DNA from: a virus
Taxonomy: Duplodnaviria > Caudoviricetes
Virus record (IMG/VR): IMGVR_UViG_3300030330_000213
Coordinates: 1-30,147 of that record
DNA length: 30,147 nucleotides
Direction: 5' to 3' (one strand)
A program made the position numbers and the translations under genes. Positions 7,226-14,858 of this stretch are shown piece after piece (the first letter of the stretch is position 1; each line of letters begins with the position of its first letter). The notes below the pieces were generated by a model. It did no database searches. It was not told the origin of the DNA and saw only the letters and a program-made list of their open reading frames with translations.

Positions 7226-7328
7226 TGGTTTTCCTTTTCAAAGTATGAAGTGATAGACAAGTAGACAAACGACAGTGATCAAACACAGTCGGTATGCGGC
7301 TTCAATATATTCGATAGCACCTCCCTCC

Positions 7329-8390
7329 CTAGTTAATTGACTGCCAAGCGGGACCGGACATGACTAGCCACAATCCCCGCGCACGTTCCATCTGCTCGTT
7401 TAGCGTATAGCCGCCGTGATCGGTGTTGATCATGTTAACCGATTTCCTACCCAGTGTGTGGGTTTTCTCTTCGCCGTTCATCTCAAATGTGCGGCTATCG
7501 TGGGTGTGTGTCGCATAGTGGGTAAGGACATTGTACAAGGCCCATTTATTTTTACCCAAACCGCCGCCCTGCGAGTAGTCGCGGCTGTACTCATCCCACA
7601 AGTCATAGAGCGCGTGAAACTTCTTTAGATTAGTCGCTTCTTCACGCTCGATCCCGTGCGCCTTCTCGCGCTCGATCTTCTTCTGTCCTACATTCTCTTT
7701 CGGGCAAATGTGCTTGAGAAAAGCCCCGGCGGTATCGTCGGTGACTGGCGTATTTTTCCACACCTTAAACTGCTCAACATTTTCCCGGAACGTGCTAAAC
7801 ACCGTATTGGCTGTACGCAACAGGCTGTTGGCGTCAAAGTGCTTTGAGTGCTTCACCTTGTTGTACACCGCCTTGTCGCCACCAAACACCATAGAGTTCT
7901 CGCAGTAAGCCCGGTAAGCCCCGGCGAACTGCTGGAAAGCCCATTTGGAGTTTACCGAATTGATTTGATCGGATCGGCAGTACACCATGTCGCCGCCGCC
8001 GGTCATGTCCACGGCTTCGTCCAGATACTGGATAGAGCGTTTAGCCTTCATGCCAAAGTCAGTGTACTCATCACGGACTAACACGTTATCGGTGGGCAGA
8101 TTACTTTCCCGCAAAATGTCAGCATGTTTGCCAAACAAATCTGCGTGATTTTCCAGCGTGTAGGTGCTGGATACCGCGCCGGGATCGGCGAGGCTTCCAT
8201 CATGTGAGTACCGCAGCGCCTTACTGCCGGTTACCTCAGTGCCATCCGCCGTGTAGATATTGTCTTTGTACACTTCAAGCGGTTCGAAAAAGCTGAGATC
8301 AAATACATCGGAATGCTCGCGAACGGCGGAAGCTTTTATGCCATCAGCGTGCATGACGGCGGCGGGTTCGATTGTCTGTATCAGGTTCAT
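7329..8390 (-). CDS. DUF932-family phage/plasmid protein
   Basis: INSVNSKWAFQQFAGAYRAYCENSMV and NKWALYNVLTHYATH match the DUF932 NS....R..C.N and W.l.N..T signatures. Confidence 0.75.
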   Translation of the reverse strand: MNLIQTIEPAAVMHADGIKASAVREHSDVFDLSFFEPLEVYKDNIYTADGTEVTGSKALRYSHDGSLADPGAVSSTYTLENHADLFGKHADILRESNLPTDNVLVRDEYTDFGMKAKRSIQYLDEAVDMTGGGDMVYCRSDQINSVNSKWAFQQFAGAYRAYCENSMVFGGDKAVYNKVKHSKHFDANSLLRTANTVFSTFRENVEQFKVWKNTPVTDDTAGAFLKHICPKENVGQKKIEREKAHGIEREEATNLKKFHALYDLWDEYSRDYSQGGGLGKNKWALYNVLTHYATHTHDSRTFEMNGEEKTHTLGRKSVNMINTDHGGYTLNEQMERARGLWLVMSGPAWQSIN

Positions 8391-8422
8391 CTGGTTTTTC
8401 CTATGTAGATTGAAACAGGGAA

Positions 8423-8467
8423 GCCCTACAGTATATTCAAGCCAGTGTCAAATACTTTTTTAATCTG
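8423..8467 (-). promoter_or_regulatory. Putative promoter for the DUF932 operon
   Basis: CAGATTAAAAAA A-tract, TTGACA (8451-8446), 17-nt spacer, TAGGGC. Confidence 0.6.
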
Positions 8468-8478
8468 TACAGGATGGA

Positions 8479-8557
8479 CCCGGCGGGAGCGGCGATCAGG
8501 GAGGAAGCGCGACCCCCGCCGGGGAGGTGCAGGGGGGAGAACCAGAAAACCCTGCAC
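8479..8557. ncRNA. Two adjacent GC-rich hairpins (candidate structured RNA)
   Basis: Perfect stems 8479-8487/8515-8523 (9 bp) and 8527-8534/8550-8557 (8 bp) in an intergenic gap. Confidence 0.4.
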
Positions 8558-8598
8558 TAACTAATGTAAAGGCCGACAAATTTATAGGCCGACAATTT

Positions 8599-8691
8599 CT
8601 AACTCAGATAGAAGTCCCTCATCCAAACGTACCAAAACACACTGTTTGGGTGTAGTTCTTCGTTGTACAGTACATCTTCAAGTGCGTGCAT
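8599..8691 (-). CDS. Small hypothetical protein, 30 aa (MHALEDVLYNEELHPNSVFWYVWMRDFYLS)
   Basis: Manual translation; TAATG overlap with the upstream gene; GGAG SD. Confidence 0.5.
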   Translation of the reverse strand: MHALEDVLYNEELHPNSVFWYVWMRDFYLS

Positions 8692-9218
8692 TATGCAACT
8701 TCTCCATACATATCAAACCAAGCTGGTTCAGAACGATTAGTCCACTTAGCAAAGTACGCTTTGTCACCACGGTAGTACGCCCTGTAAGCTGATACAGTAT
8801 CATCAATTGATGCTGTATTAGGATTACACTTATATTCATCAGGCATACATTGTGGTGGCGGTGTATGTATAGCCATAAATCTTTTATAGGGTATGTACTC
8901 AGGCGCGTAGAACAACCATTCCTTAGTAGCAGCTTTGTGTACCTTGCCATAGCGGTGCGTGTACTCATTCCCAAGATAGCCCCATAGGTCCGACAACCAA
9001 TTGTAGTTGCCACGTCCTGCTCTTGCCCACGCAGTAGAGGGGTGGTTCTTGTGTGCAATCTTGTACAAGCCCTCGCGGTCAGCAACCTCATCACCATCGA
9101 CTACCCTATGTGCAGTAGATAGGATTTGTGCGTACTCCAGCACCATTTTAACTACATGCTTGTCACAGTGCATTTGTGCTGCAATCTTGGGGTTTCTGTC
9201 TAGATAGAATATGTTCAC
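8691..9218 (-). CDS. Pyrimidine-dimer DNA glycosylase/endonuclease V-like family protein
   Basis: (M)NIFYLD..AQMHCDKHVVKMVLEYAQILSTAH..HKNHPS..PPPQCMP..AYRAYY. Start reassigned to GTG 9218 (GGAGG SD, GTGA overlap). Activity is inferred from family resemblance only. Confidence 0.7.
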   Translation of the reverse strand: MNIFYLDRNPKIAAQMHCDKHVVKMVLEYAQILSTAHRVVDGDEVADREGLYKIAHKNHPSTAWARAGRGNYNWLSDLWGYLGNEYTHRYGKVHKAATKEWLFYAPEYIPYKRFMAIHTPPPQCMPDEYKCNPNTASIDDTVSAYRAYYRGDKAYFAKWTNRSEPAWFDMYGEVA

Positions 9219-9370
9219 TGCTGTTCCTCCCAACGTATGTCCACAAGTTTCATGACTAATATTTCTCTCTCACCTTGAGACACATTAGCCAAATCTAAAT
9301 CTACCATAGCTTCATCGTACATCAAGTTGAACTTATCTTCTTTAGTTCCTTCAGTCTCAGGCACACTCAT
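9215..9370 (-). CDS. Hypothetical acidic protein
   Basis: Start reassigned to ATG 9370 with GGAG SD. Confidence 0.65.
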   Translation of the reverse strand: MSVPETEGTKEDKFNLMYDEAMVDLDLANVSQGEREILVMKLVDIRWEEQQ

Positions 9371-9539
9371 CTTGTCTCTCCGAAAAAGGGTCAAGTGCAT
9401 ATACATCCCAATCTAGAGTAATTGTATGCCTATATTCCTGCGCAGCCTTTTTAGTCTTGTGATATGTTACAGCACCGTCAGAATGTACAACCTTCCAGCG
9501 GCGGCCTTCCTTAGATATAATACGTAGACGATTTTGCAT
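9357..9539 (-). CDS. Hypothetical protein
   Basis: Start reassigned to ATG 9539 (GGAGAACCAAAATG), downstream of a promoter. Confidence 0.65.
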   Translation of the reverse strand: MQNRLRIISKEGRRWKVVHSDGAVTYHKTKKAAQEYRHTITLDWDVYALDPFSERQDECA

Positions 9540-9564
9540 TTTGGTTCTCCGTTGTGGAGGCTTG

Positions 9565-9610
9565 GTCCTAGCACACTCGGCCACGGACAGTCAAGCTTTT
9601 TTTTAATCTG
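9565..9610 (-). promoter_or_regulatory. Putative promoter
   Basis: CAGATTAAAAAAAA, TTGACT (9594-9589), 18-nt spacer, TAGGAC; same architecture as 8423-8467. Confidence 0.55.
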
Positions 9611-9616
9611 CCTAGA

Positions 9617-9796
9617 CTAATTTTCTGCGTTACTAACCAGCGGTCCTAGATAAGCCACCATGCGGTGGTGATCTACAAGTAAACTAGACAGTAGTCTTTT
9701 TGATACCGTTACACTTTTTTTACGACCATCTCCATCTACAATCTCGTGTATTTTCTGTAGTTCTTCTTTAGAAGTTTCTAGGCTTATCTGTCTCAT
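9617..9796 (-). CDS. Hypothetical protein, 59 aa (MRQISLETSKEELQKIHEIVDGDGRKKSVTVSKRLLSSLLVDHHRM...)
   Basis: Manual translation; ATGA overlap with the upstream ORF; fills the gap to the promoter. Confidence 0.7.
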   Translation of the reverse strand: MRQISLETSKEELQKIHEIVDGDGRKKSVTVSKRLLSSLLVDHHRMVAYLGPLVSNAEN

Positions 9797-10920
9797 AGCT
9801 GCACTATCTCTTCAAAGTTATTAAGATAATCTCCGACATTTTCTTTGGTAACAATAGTTCCATCAGAAGTGATGGCGACAACTCTATTGTCAGGTTTTAC
9901 AATACCATCCTTCCTATACTTGGTTGCGGTTTTCAATATGTTGAAAGCCCAATCTCTCTCTCTCTTTTCACATAGTGAGCCGACAAACTTTCTAAGCATC
10001 ATTTTTGAAGATAAAAAAACATCCATATAGTGTCTGCCGTTCTGATCAAACCACACTATTTCTCTTTTGTTATGTTTGTTTATAGCCCATTTATATATGC
10101 CGTCGCCTAAATAAAAGTCGCAGTGATTTGATAAATCAATTTTATCTCCAGAAAAGTTTTTTATGAACCTGAATGATCTAGTTCTGTTAAAGTATCTTTG
10201 AAAGTCCCACCAGTTATCATAGTTCCAATCATCATTTTCTTTTTTATGAAAATCAGATTTATTGTTGACATCATGGGTGTCAGTGTACCCGTACAAAGAC
10301 TTTTTATCTCTTATGCAGCCTTTAAGTACGATGGGATTTCCTGTAGAACCAAACAGACAATCTATTTCTGTTCCGGTGGTATACACATTTGTATCTGGAC
10401 TAGCTATACCATACAAATTTCCCGTGTTTACTAAGTGAGGCCCCGAAAGAATATATTGTTTTAGGGAATGTGGCCCTACCCGTAACGGTTCATCTCCACC
10501 CATTAAAATACGAAGTTGTCCTCTATCACATACCTCTCTAAAAGCCAATAGCATTGCTACGCTGTCTAATCCACCAGAGTAGAATACATCTATTTGCTTA
10601 TCCTTTTCGGCTAACTCTTGCGCCCTCATAAACATTAAGGATTTAAAATCATACTTGTCTATTTCATCATAATACTTGTACTCAATGCGGTTAAAATGCT
10701 CTGACATGTTATCCATAGGCCATATAAAAGAACGCTCACCTAAAGAATCATTTATACAATTTGTTCTGGGGTGCATCCTATTGTATAGCATAAACGCTTC
10801 CTCTTTCGCCCTAGCCAAAACATATTCAGTCTTCCAATCTCTATCAAGCTTAGGGTGTTCACCAACATGAGCATCCATTAGTTTACGAAATGTATTATCT
10901 ATGTACACAAACTTATACAC
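9793..10920 (-). CDS. PP-loop (adenine nucleotide alpha-hydrolase-like) protein
   Basis: IDVFYSGGLDSVAML PP-loop and TGTEIDCLFG (asparagine synthetase-like tG.gaDelFG); AT-rich. Confidence 0.7.
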   Translation of the reverse strand: MYKFVYIDNTFRKLMDAHVGEHPKLDRDWKTEYVLARAKEEAFMLYNRMHPRTNCINDSLGERSFIWPMDNMSEHFNRIEYKYYDEIDKYDFKSLMFMRAQELAEKDKQIDVFYSGGLDSVAMLLAFREVCDRGQLRILMGGDEPLRVGPHSLKQYILSGPHLVNTGNLYGIASPDTNVYTTGTEIDCLFGSTGNPIVLKGCIRDKKSLYGYTDTHDVNNKSDFHKKENDDWNYDNWWDFQRYFNRTRSFRFIKNFSGDKIDLSNHCDFYLGDGIYKWAINKHNKREIVWFDQNGRHYMDVFLSSKMMLRKFVGSLCEKRERDWAFNILKTATKYRKDGIVKPDNRVVAITSDGTIVTKENVGDYLNNFEEIVQL

Positions 10921-11124
10921 TTACTTCACCTCAGTTATAACCCAACGTCCACGTTCTGCTAGGTGAGGAAAACGTCTAGCCCAATCTTTAGGATAGATAC
11001 CTAACTCACCTTCATACTTCCATTCCCAGCGCAGTGTCTTACCATCGTATGCGCGAGTGCTGTACTCAGGCGGGGGGCGTTTACTGCGCTGCTTGTAGTC
11101 CTTGCGTTTCTTCACTTCCGACAT
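10921..11124 (-). CDS. Hypothetical protein
   Basis: 67 aa; abuts the downstream ORF. Confidence 0.65.
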   Translation of the reverse strand: MSEVKKRKDYKQRSKRPPPEYSTRAYDGKTLRWEWKYEGELGIYPKDWARRFPHLAERGRWVITEVK

Positions 11125-11414
11125 TTTATCTGTCCTGTATCAATGTTGTAATAGACTAGTTCTACACCTAGTTTCTTCTGTATGGGAGATAGCTGACGAT
11201 TAATCATTGTCCCCGGCTTCCAATTAGCATTCTCAGAACGGAACGACATTGTTTTTACCTCGACAAGTTTTACGTCCTCTGTTTCAGGATTTATGGCGAC
11301 AAAATCTACAGGCCCGGTGTTGTTCGTTTCATTGTACACATGGTATCCAATGTCTGCGTAGTATCGCATAACGCCTAGCTTTGACTGCAAGCCCTTTTTC
11401 TCTTTGACATTCAT
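11112..11414 (-). CDS. Small PD-(D/E)xK endonuclease (Hjc-like)
   Basis: GYHVY..GPVDFVAI..KLVEVKT catalytic pattern. Confidence 0.7.
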   Translation of the reverse strand: MNVKEKKGLQSKLGVMRYYADIGYHVYNETNNTGPVDFVAINPETEDVKLVEVKTMSFRSENANWKPGTMINRQLSPIQKKLGVELVYYNIDTGQIKCRK

Positions 11415-11415
11415 A

Positions 11416-11823
11416 TCAGTACGCCACTCTATAGTCTTCTACAGGGGACTTGTAGTTAGCGCCAGACTTACAGCTATCACAAACAAACATGACCTTGTGC
11501 AGTAGTTTATCTTTCCGGCAAGACAAACACTTCCTAACTTTGTACTGGTCTTTGTTTTTCATGTTTTGTCTTGCACTCTCCAGTTGTTCGACAACTGTAG
11601 AAAAATCTACACGTTTTGGTTTCTTTTTACCCATGTGAGTGAAATGATCGGCATGTCTGTTTAAAATACCTATTACAGCATTTCTTGACATATCAACGCC
11701 ATTGTAGTCTTTGTACTTAGGTGACATTACCTCTGCAATCTGACGGGCCGACAAACCACGCTCTCTGCTTAGTCGGAATATCTCCGTTATGAACTCGTCC
11801 GTGTGTTTTTTTGTAGCTACCAC
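11416..11823 (-). CDS. gcrA: GcrA-like HTH regulator with C-terminal Zn ribbon
   Basis: HTDEFITEIFRLSRERGLSARQIAE..MSRNAVIGILNR matches the GcrA N-terminus (WTdE..GlSAsqIA..tRNAVIGk.hR); CLSC..CDSC. Start set to GTG 11823 (AAGGA SD); the track start is 11856. Confidence 0.72.
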   Translation of the reverse strand: MVATKKHTDEFITEIFRLSRERGLSARQIAEVMSPKYKDYNGVDMSRNAVIGILNRHADHFTHMGKKKPKRVDFSTVVEQLESARQNMKNKDQYKVRKCLSCRKDKLLHKVMFVCDSCKSGANYKSPVEDYRVAY

Positions 11824-11917
11824 TTTTCTTTTCCTTATCAAACCAGCAACTCGCACATAGTTTTTGGTTGTTTCTTATTACAACTGCAATGTTGTAACAC
11901 TCTTCACAGGAACTCAT
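11717..11917 (-). CDS. Small zinc-finger protein (CxxC...CxxC)
   Basis: MSSCEECYNIAVVIRNNQKLCASCW; its 3' part overlaps the gcrA-like gene. Confidence 0.5.
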   Translation of the reverse strand: MSSCEECYNIAVVIRNNQKLCASCWFDKEKKSGSYKKTHGRVHNGDIPTKQRAWFVGPSDCRGNVT

Positions 11918-12194
11918 GTTTGATCCCATCGACTACAACATAGTTAACGGCTGACAGGTTGACATTCCTGTAGCCCTTGGCATAGTTGTCATAGACAGTC
12001 ATCATTTGTTTGTTGGTGTTACAATCTCTTCCGCCCTTTTTGTGCTTCTCGACATTAAGACGGCCATTGATTTTGCGGATGCTACCGTCCGCCTTGACAA
12101 ACTCGATTGTAAAGAATTTATCCTGAACCATCGCCTCAATTATTCGGCGCATCATGTCCGGGTTTTCTACCTTGCTTCCGTATAGGGTGATCAT
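11904..12194 (-). CDS. SH3/Sm-like beta-barrel protein (WYL_2/DUF2693-like)
   Basis: FFTIEFVKADGSIRKINGRL..TVYD..KGYRNV; GAGGTG SD. Confidence 0.68.
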   Translation of the reverse strand: MITLYGSKVENPDMMRRIIEAMVQDKFFTIEFVKADGSIRKINGRLNVEKHKKGGRDCNTNKQMMTVYDNYAKGYRNVNLSAVNYVVVDGIKHEFL

Positions 12195-12223
12195 GGCTCA
12201 CCTCTGCTGTTGAAGGAAACTGC

Positions 12224-12293
12224 ACCCTACACGAGATTTTTTTGAATGTCAAGCGAAAAAATATTTGACATGCTAAAAAATCCATGCTAGGAG
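12224..12293. promoter_or_regulatory. Divergent promoter pair between the early and replication operons
   Basis: Minus: TTGACA (12252-12247)-17-TAGGGT. Plus: TTGACA (12265-12270)-17-TAGGAG. Confidence 0.7.
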
Positions 12294-12331
12294 GCATGTT
12301 GCCGTGTCCCGAAATTGAGGATATTATATTT

Positions 12332-13120
12332 ATGAATAATATAATTAAAGATTATATCTATAATCTAGATATACCTCTTGGTACTTCTATAAGATTAGAT
12401 TGTCCTATATGTGATGGTACTAATACCCTATCAGTTACTCAGTTTAATGATTGTATAAAGTATTACTGCTTTCATGCAAACTGTAGTAAAGGCGGTGTAA
12501 TCAAAGAGGGACTAAGCGCATCCTCTTTCTCTGCACACGATGAAATCCTAAAACCACAAGAACCTGTAGGTCTTGAGCTAGAAAAGCAGAACTGGCGCAA
12601 AAACAACTATCCTGTACATTTCTTTGAGTACATTAAACGAAACAACTGCACCTCAGCTTGGTCAAAAGGATTAGCCGACATACGGTACGACTACAAGCGA
12701 GATAGGGCTGTCTTTCTTGTAAAAGATAGAACAAAAATAGTTGATGCTGCTGGCAGGTATATCGGGTCCGGTTTGCATTCAGGACCAAAATGGTACAGAT
12801 ACGGAGGAAGCAAACTACCGTTTATTTGTGGTAGACATGATCAAGCAGTGATTGTAGAAGACTGTGCGTCAGCGGCATCTGTATCAGGTTTTGCAACAGG
12901 TGTGGCGCTACTAGGCACATTTCTACAAGATGAGGCTTTGTACGCATTAGATAGTTTTGAAAAGATTACTGTAGCGTTAGACAAAGATGCCTCAGATAAA
13001 TCTGTAGACATTGCGCTAAGACTGAACGCTGCATACGGAGACATTGTTGATGTGTGTCTATTGGATAGAGACTTGAAAAGATTAACTGAAGATGAAGCAA
13101 AGGAGGTACTAAAGATATGA
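12332..13120 (+). CDS. DNA primase (Zn finger + TOPRIM)
   Basis: CPIC..CFHANC; VIVED; VALLGT; VALDKDA. Start set to 12332 (GAGG SD) because 12284 lies within the promoter. Confidence 0.88.
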   Translation: MNNIIKDYIYNLDIPLGTSIRLDCPICDGTNTLSVTQFNDCIKYYCFHANCSKGGVIKEGLSASSFSAHDEILKPQEPVGLELEKQNWRKNNYPVHFFEYIKRNNCTSAWSKGLADIRYDYKRDRAVFLVKDRTKIVDAAGRYIGSGLHSGPKWYRYGGSKLPFICGRHDQAVIVEDCASAASVSGFATGVALLGTFLQDEALYALDSFEKITVALDKDASDKSVDIALRLNAAYGDIVDVCLLDRDLKRLTEDEAKEVLKI

Positions 13121-14307
13121 TTGATAAGGCTGTGCTTGTAGCATGTCTACAGAAGGACAACTTCAATCGTGTATCTGGTTTAATTAAGAAGGAGTATTTC
13201 TCAAAGGAGGTGGCTACGATAGTAGAAACTATTAGCCACCTACACAAAACATACGAGGGTGATCTCTCACTAGCTGATGTAGCATTGGCACATGATGAGC
13301 GGTATCCGGCTATGCCTGAAGCAACTAAGCAAAAGGCTACGCAACAACTAGAAGAATTAAAAGGTGTTACAGTAAATCCTGAAATAGCAGGAAATGTTCT
13401 GCACAGTTTTTGGAAACGAGCAAAGGCAAAAGAGATAGGAGAAGAAGCCCTTGACATATTTCTTGGTAAATCTAGCGATACTTACTCTCTGCTTACTAGT
13501 GTAGAAGAACTGAAGAACAATGAGGTCAAAGGCTCCAAGAGCTACACAGTGCTTGAGGACAACATTGAGGACAGCTTAGAAGAGTTCGAGCGTGATCCTG
13601 AGTTCATCTTTCCTACACAAATACGGGACTACGTACCCGGCATAGACCGACAAAACCTTGGTGTAATCTTTGCAAGGCCAGAGATAGGCAAGACAAGTTT
13701 CTCTGCGTGGTTATCAGGTTGGTATGTGCGGAACAAGTTTCATGTAGCCTACTGGGGCAACGAAGAACCTGTGAAGAAGACTCGAATGCGTGTTGCTAAA
13801 TCTATTACAGAACGCTCTCGACTTGAGGTTCTGCAGGACAAAGAGGGTTTTGTACAGGAATATCAAGAAAATATACTGCCATATATATCTTTCATGGACT
13901 GTGTTGGTACGTCCATACAAGAGGTTGAGGACTATTGCTCACGCAATGAAGTTGACATAGTATTCATTGACCAGCTAGATAAGATCAGGATCGACGGCGA
14001 GTTCTCACGCGGCGATGAGCGGCTGAAGGAGTTGTACTGCAGGTCCAGAGAGCTAGCCAAGCGGCACAACGTAGCAGTGTGGGCTATATCCCAAGCGTCG
14101 TATGATGCCCACGGAAGAGAGACTATAGATTATTCCATGCTTGACGGTAGTAAGACAGGTAAGGCTGGTGAAGCAGACATCATTGTAGGTATCGGTGTAG
14201 CGGAACATGAAGAGTTTAGAACCATTAAGTTTTCTAAGAACAAGATAAATGGTTGGCATGGGTCGTTGGTTTTACGGCGAGATGGTGATAGAGATATTTT
14301 CTCATGA
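13117..14307 (+). CDS. DnaB-like (SF4) replicative helicase
   Basis: Walker A ARPEIGKT, NEE, VFIDQLD, AISQA, KNK; ATGA overlap. Confidence 0.92.
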   Translation: MIDKAVLVACLQKDNFNRVSGLIKKEYFSKEVATIVETISHLHKTYEGDLSLADVALAHDERYPAMPEATKQKATQQLEELKGVTVNPEIAGNVLHSFWKRAKAKEIGEEALDIFLGKSSDTYSLLTSVEELKNNEVKGSKSYTVLEDNIEDSLEEFERDPEFIFPTQIRDYVPGIDRQNLGVIFARPEIGKTSFSAWLSGWYVRNKFHVAYWGNEEPVKKTRMRVAKSITERSRLEVLQDKEGFVQEYQENILPYISFMDCVGTSIQEVEDYCSRNEVDIVFIDQLDKIRIDGEFSRGDERLKELYCRSRELAKRHNVAVWAISQASYDAHGRETIDYSMLDGSKTGKAGEADIIVGIGVAEHEEFRTIKFSKNKINGWHGSLVLRRDGDRDIFS

Positions 14308-14858
14308 TCACTGTACTTGACATAGAAACTACGATGAACTTCGAAAGCTCTACATCATCTCCGTATGATGGTCAGCAGATTGTATTTGTTGGTTACAGAA
14401 GTTTTACGCCAGACCTGTCAGTGTTTGAAAGCAATGAGTTGTTTTTCTTTCATAACCAGTGTGAGCCTACGCCCCAAGCAAAGGACAAGCTGCAGAAAAA
14501 GTTAGATGAAACAACCTGTTTAGTTGGTCACAATCTAAAGTTTGATTTGCAGTGGCTAAGAGAGTGTGGCTTTAAGTATGATATGTTTTTGTGGGATACC
14601 ATGATTGCTGAATACCTGCTTTGTCGCGGCATTAAAAAATCAATTAGTCTTGCAGAGTGTGCCAAGCGCAGAGGTCTATCTGAAAAAAGAGTGGACCTTA
14701 CCGATAAATATATTAAGGACAAGGTATCTTACGAAGACATGCCGTGTCATATAGTTAGAGAGTATTGTATGGCTGACGTAAACACAACCACTCAATTAGC
14801 CAAAGAACAACTAGCAGAGCTAGAAATGTCTTGGCCTGACAGGGAGCTACTAGTTTGA
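14304..14858 (+). CDS. 3'-5' exonuclease domain of a family A DNA polymerase (separate ORF)
   Basis: ExoI LDIET, ExoII GHNLKFD, WDTM and ExoIII YCMADV. Confidence 0.9.
   Translation: MITVLDIETTMNFESSTSSPYDGQQIVFVGYRSFTPDLSVFESNELFFFHNQCEPTPQAKDKLQKKLDETTCLVGHNLKFDLQWLRECGFKYDMFLWDTMIAEYLLCRGIKKSISLAECAKRRGLSEKRVDLTDKYIKDKVSYEDMPCHIVREYCMADVNTTTQLAKEQLAELEMSWPDRELLV

Noticed and set aside
5361-8463. Plus-strand and nested ORFs across the early region (e.g. 5700..6176, 5421..5621, 7063..7260)
   Set aside because: They overlap better-supported minus-strand genes or terminators; high GC inflates spurious ORFs.
8678-9097. 139-aa alternative-frame ORF inside the glycosylase-like gene
   Set aside because: Almost fully nested, with no recognisable motif or SD.
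12284-12331. Longer primase start given in the ORF track
   Set aside because: It overlaps the predicted -10 element; ATG 12332 has a GAGG SD.
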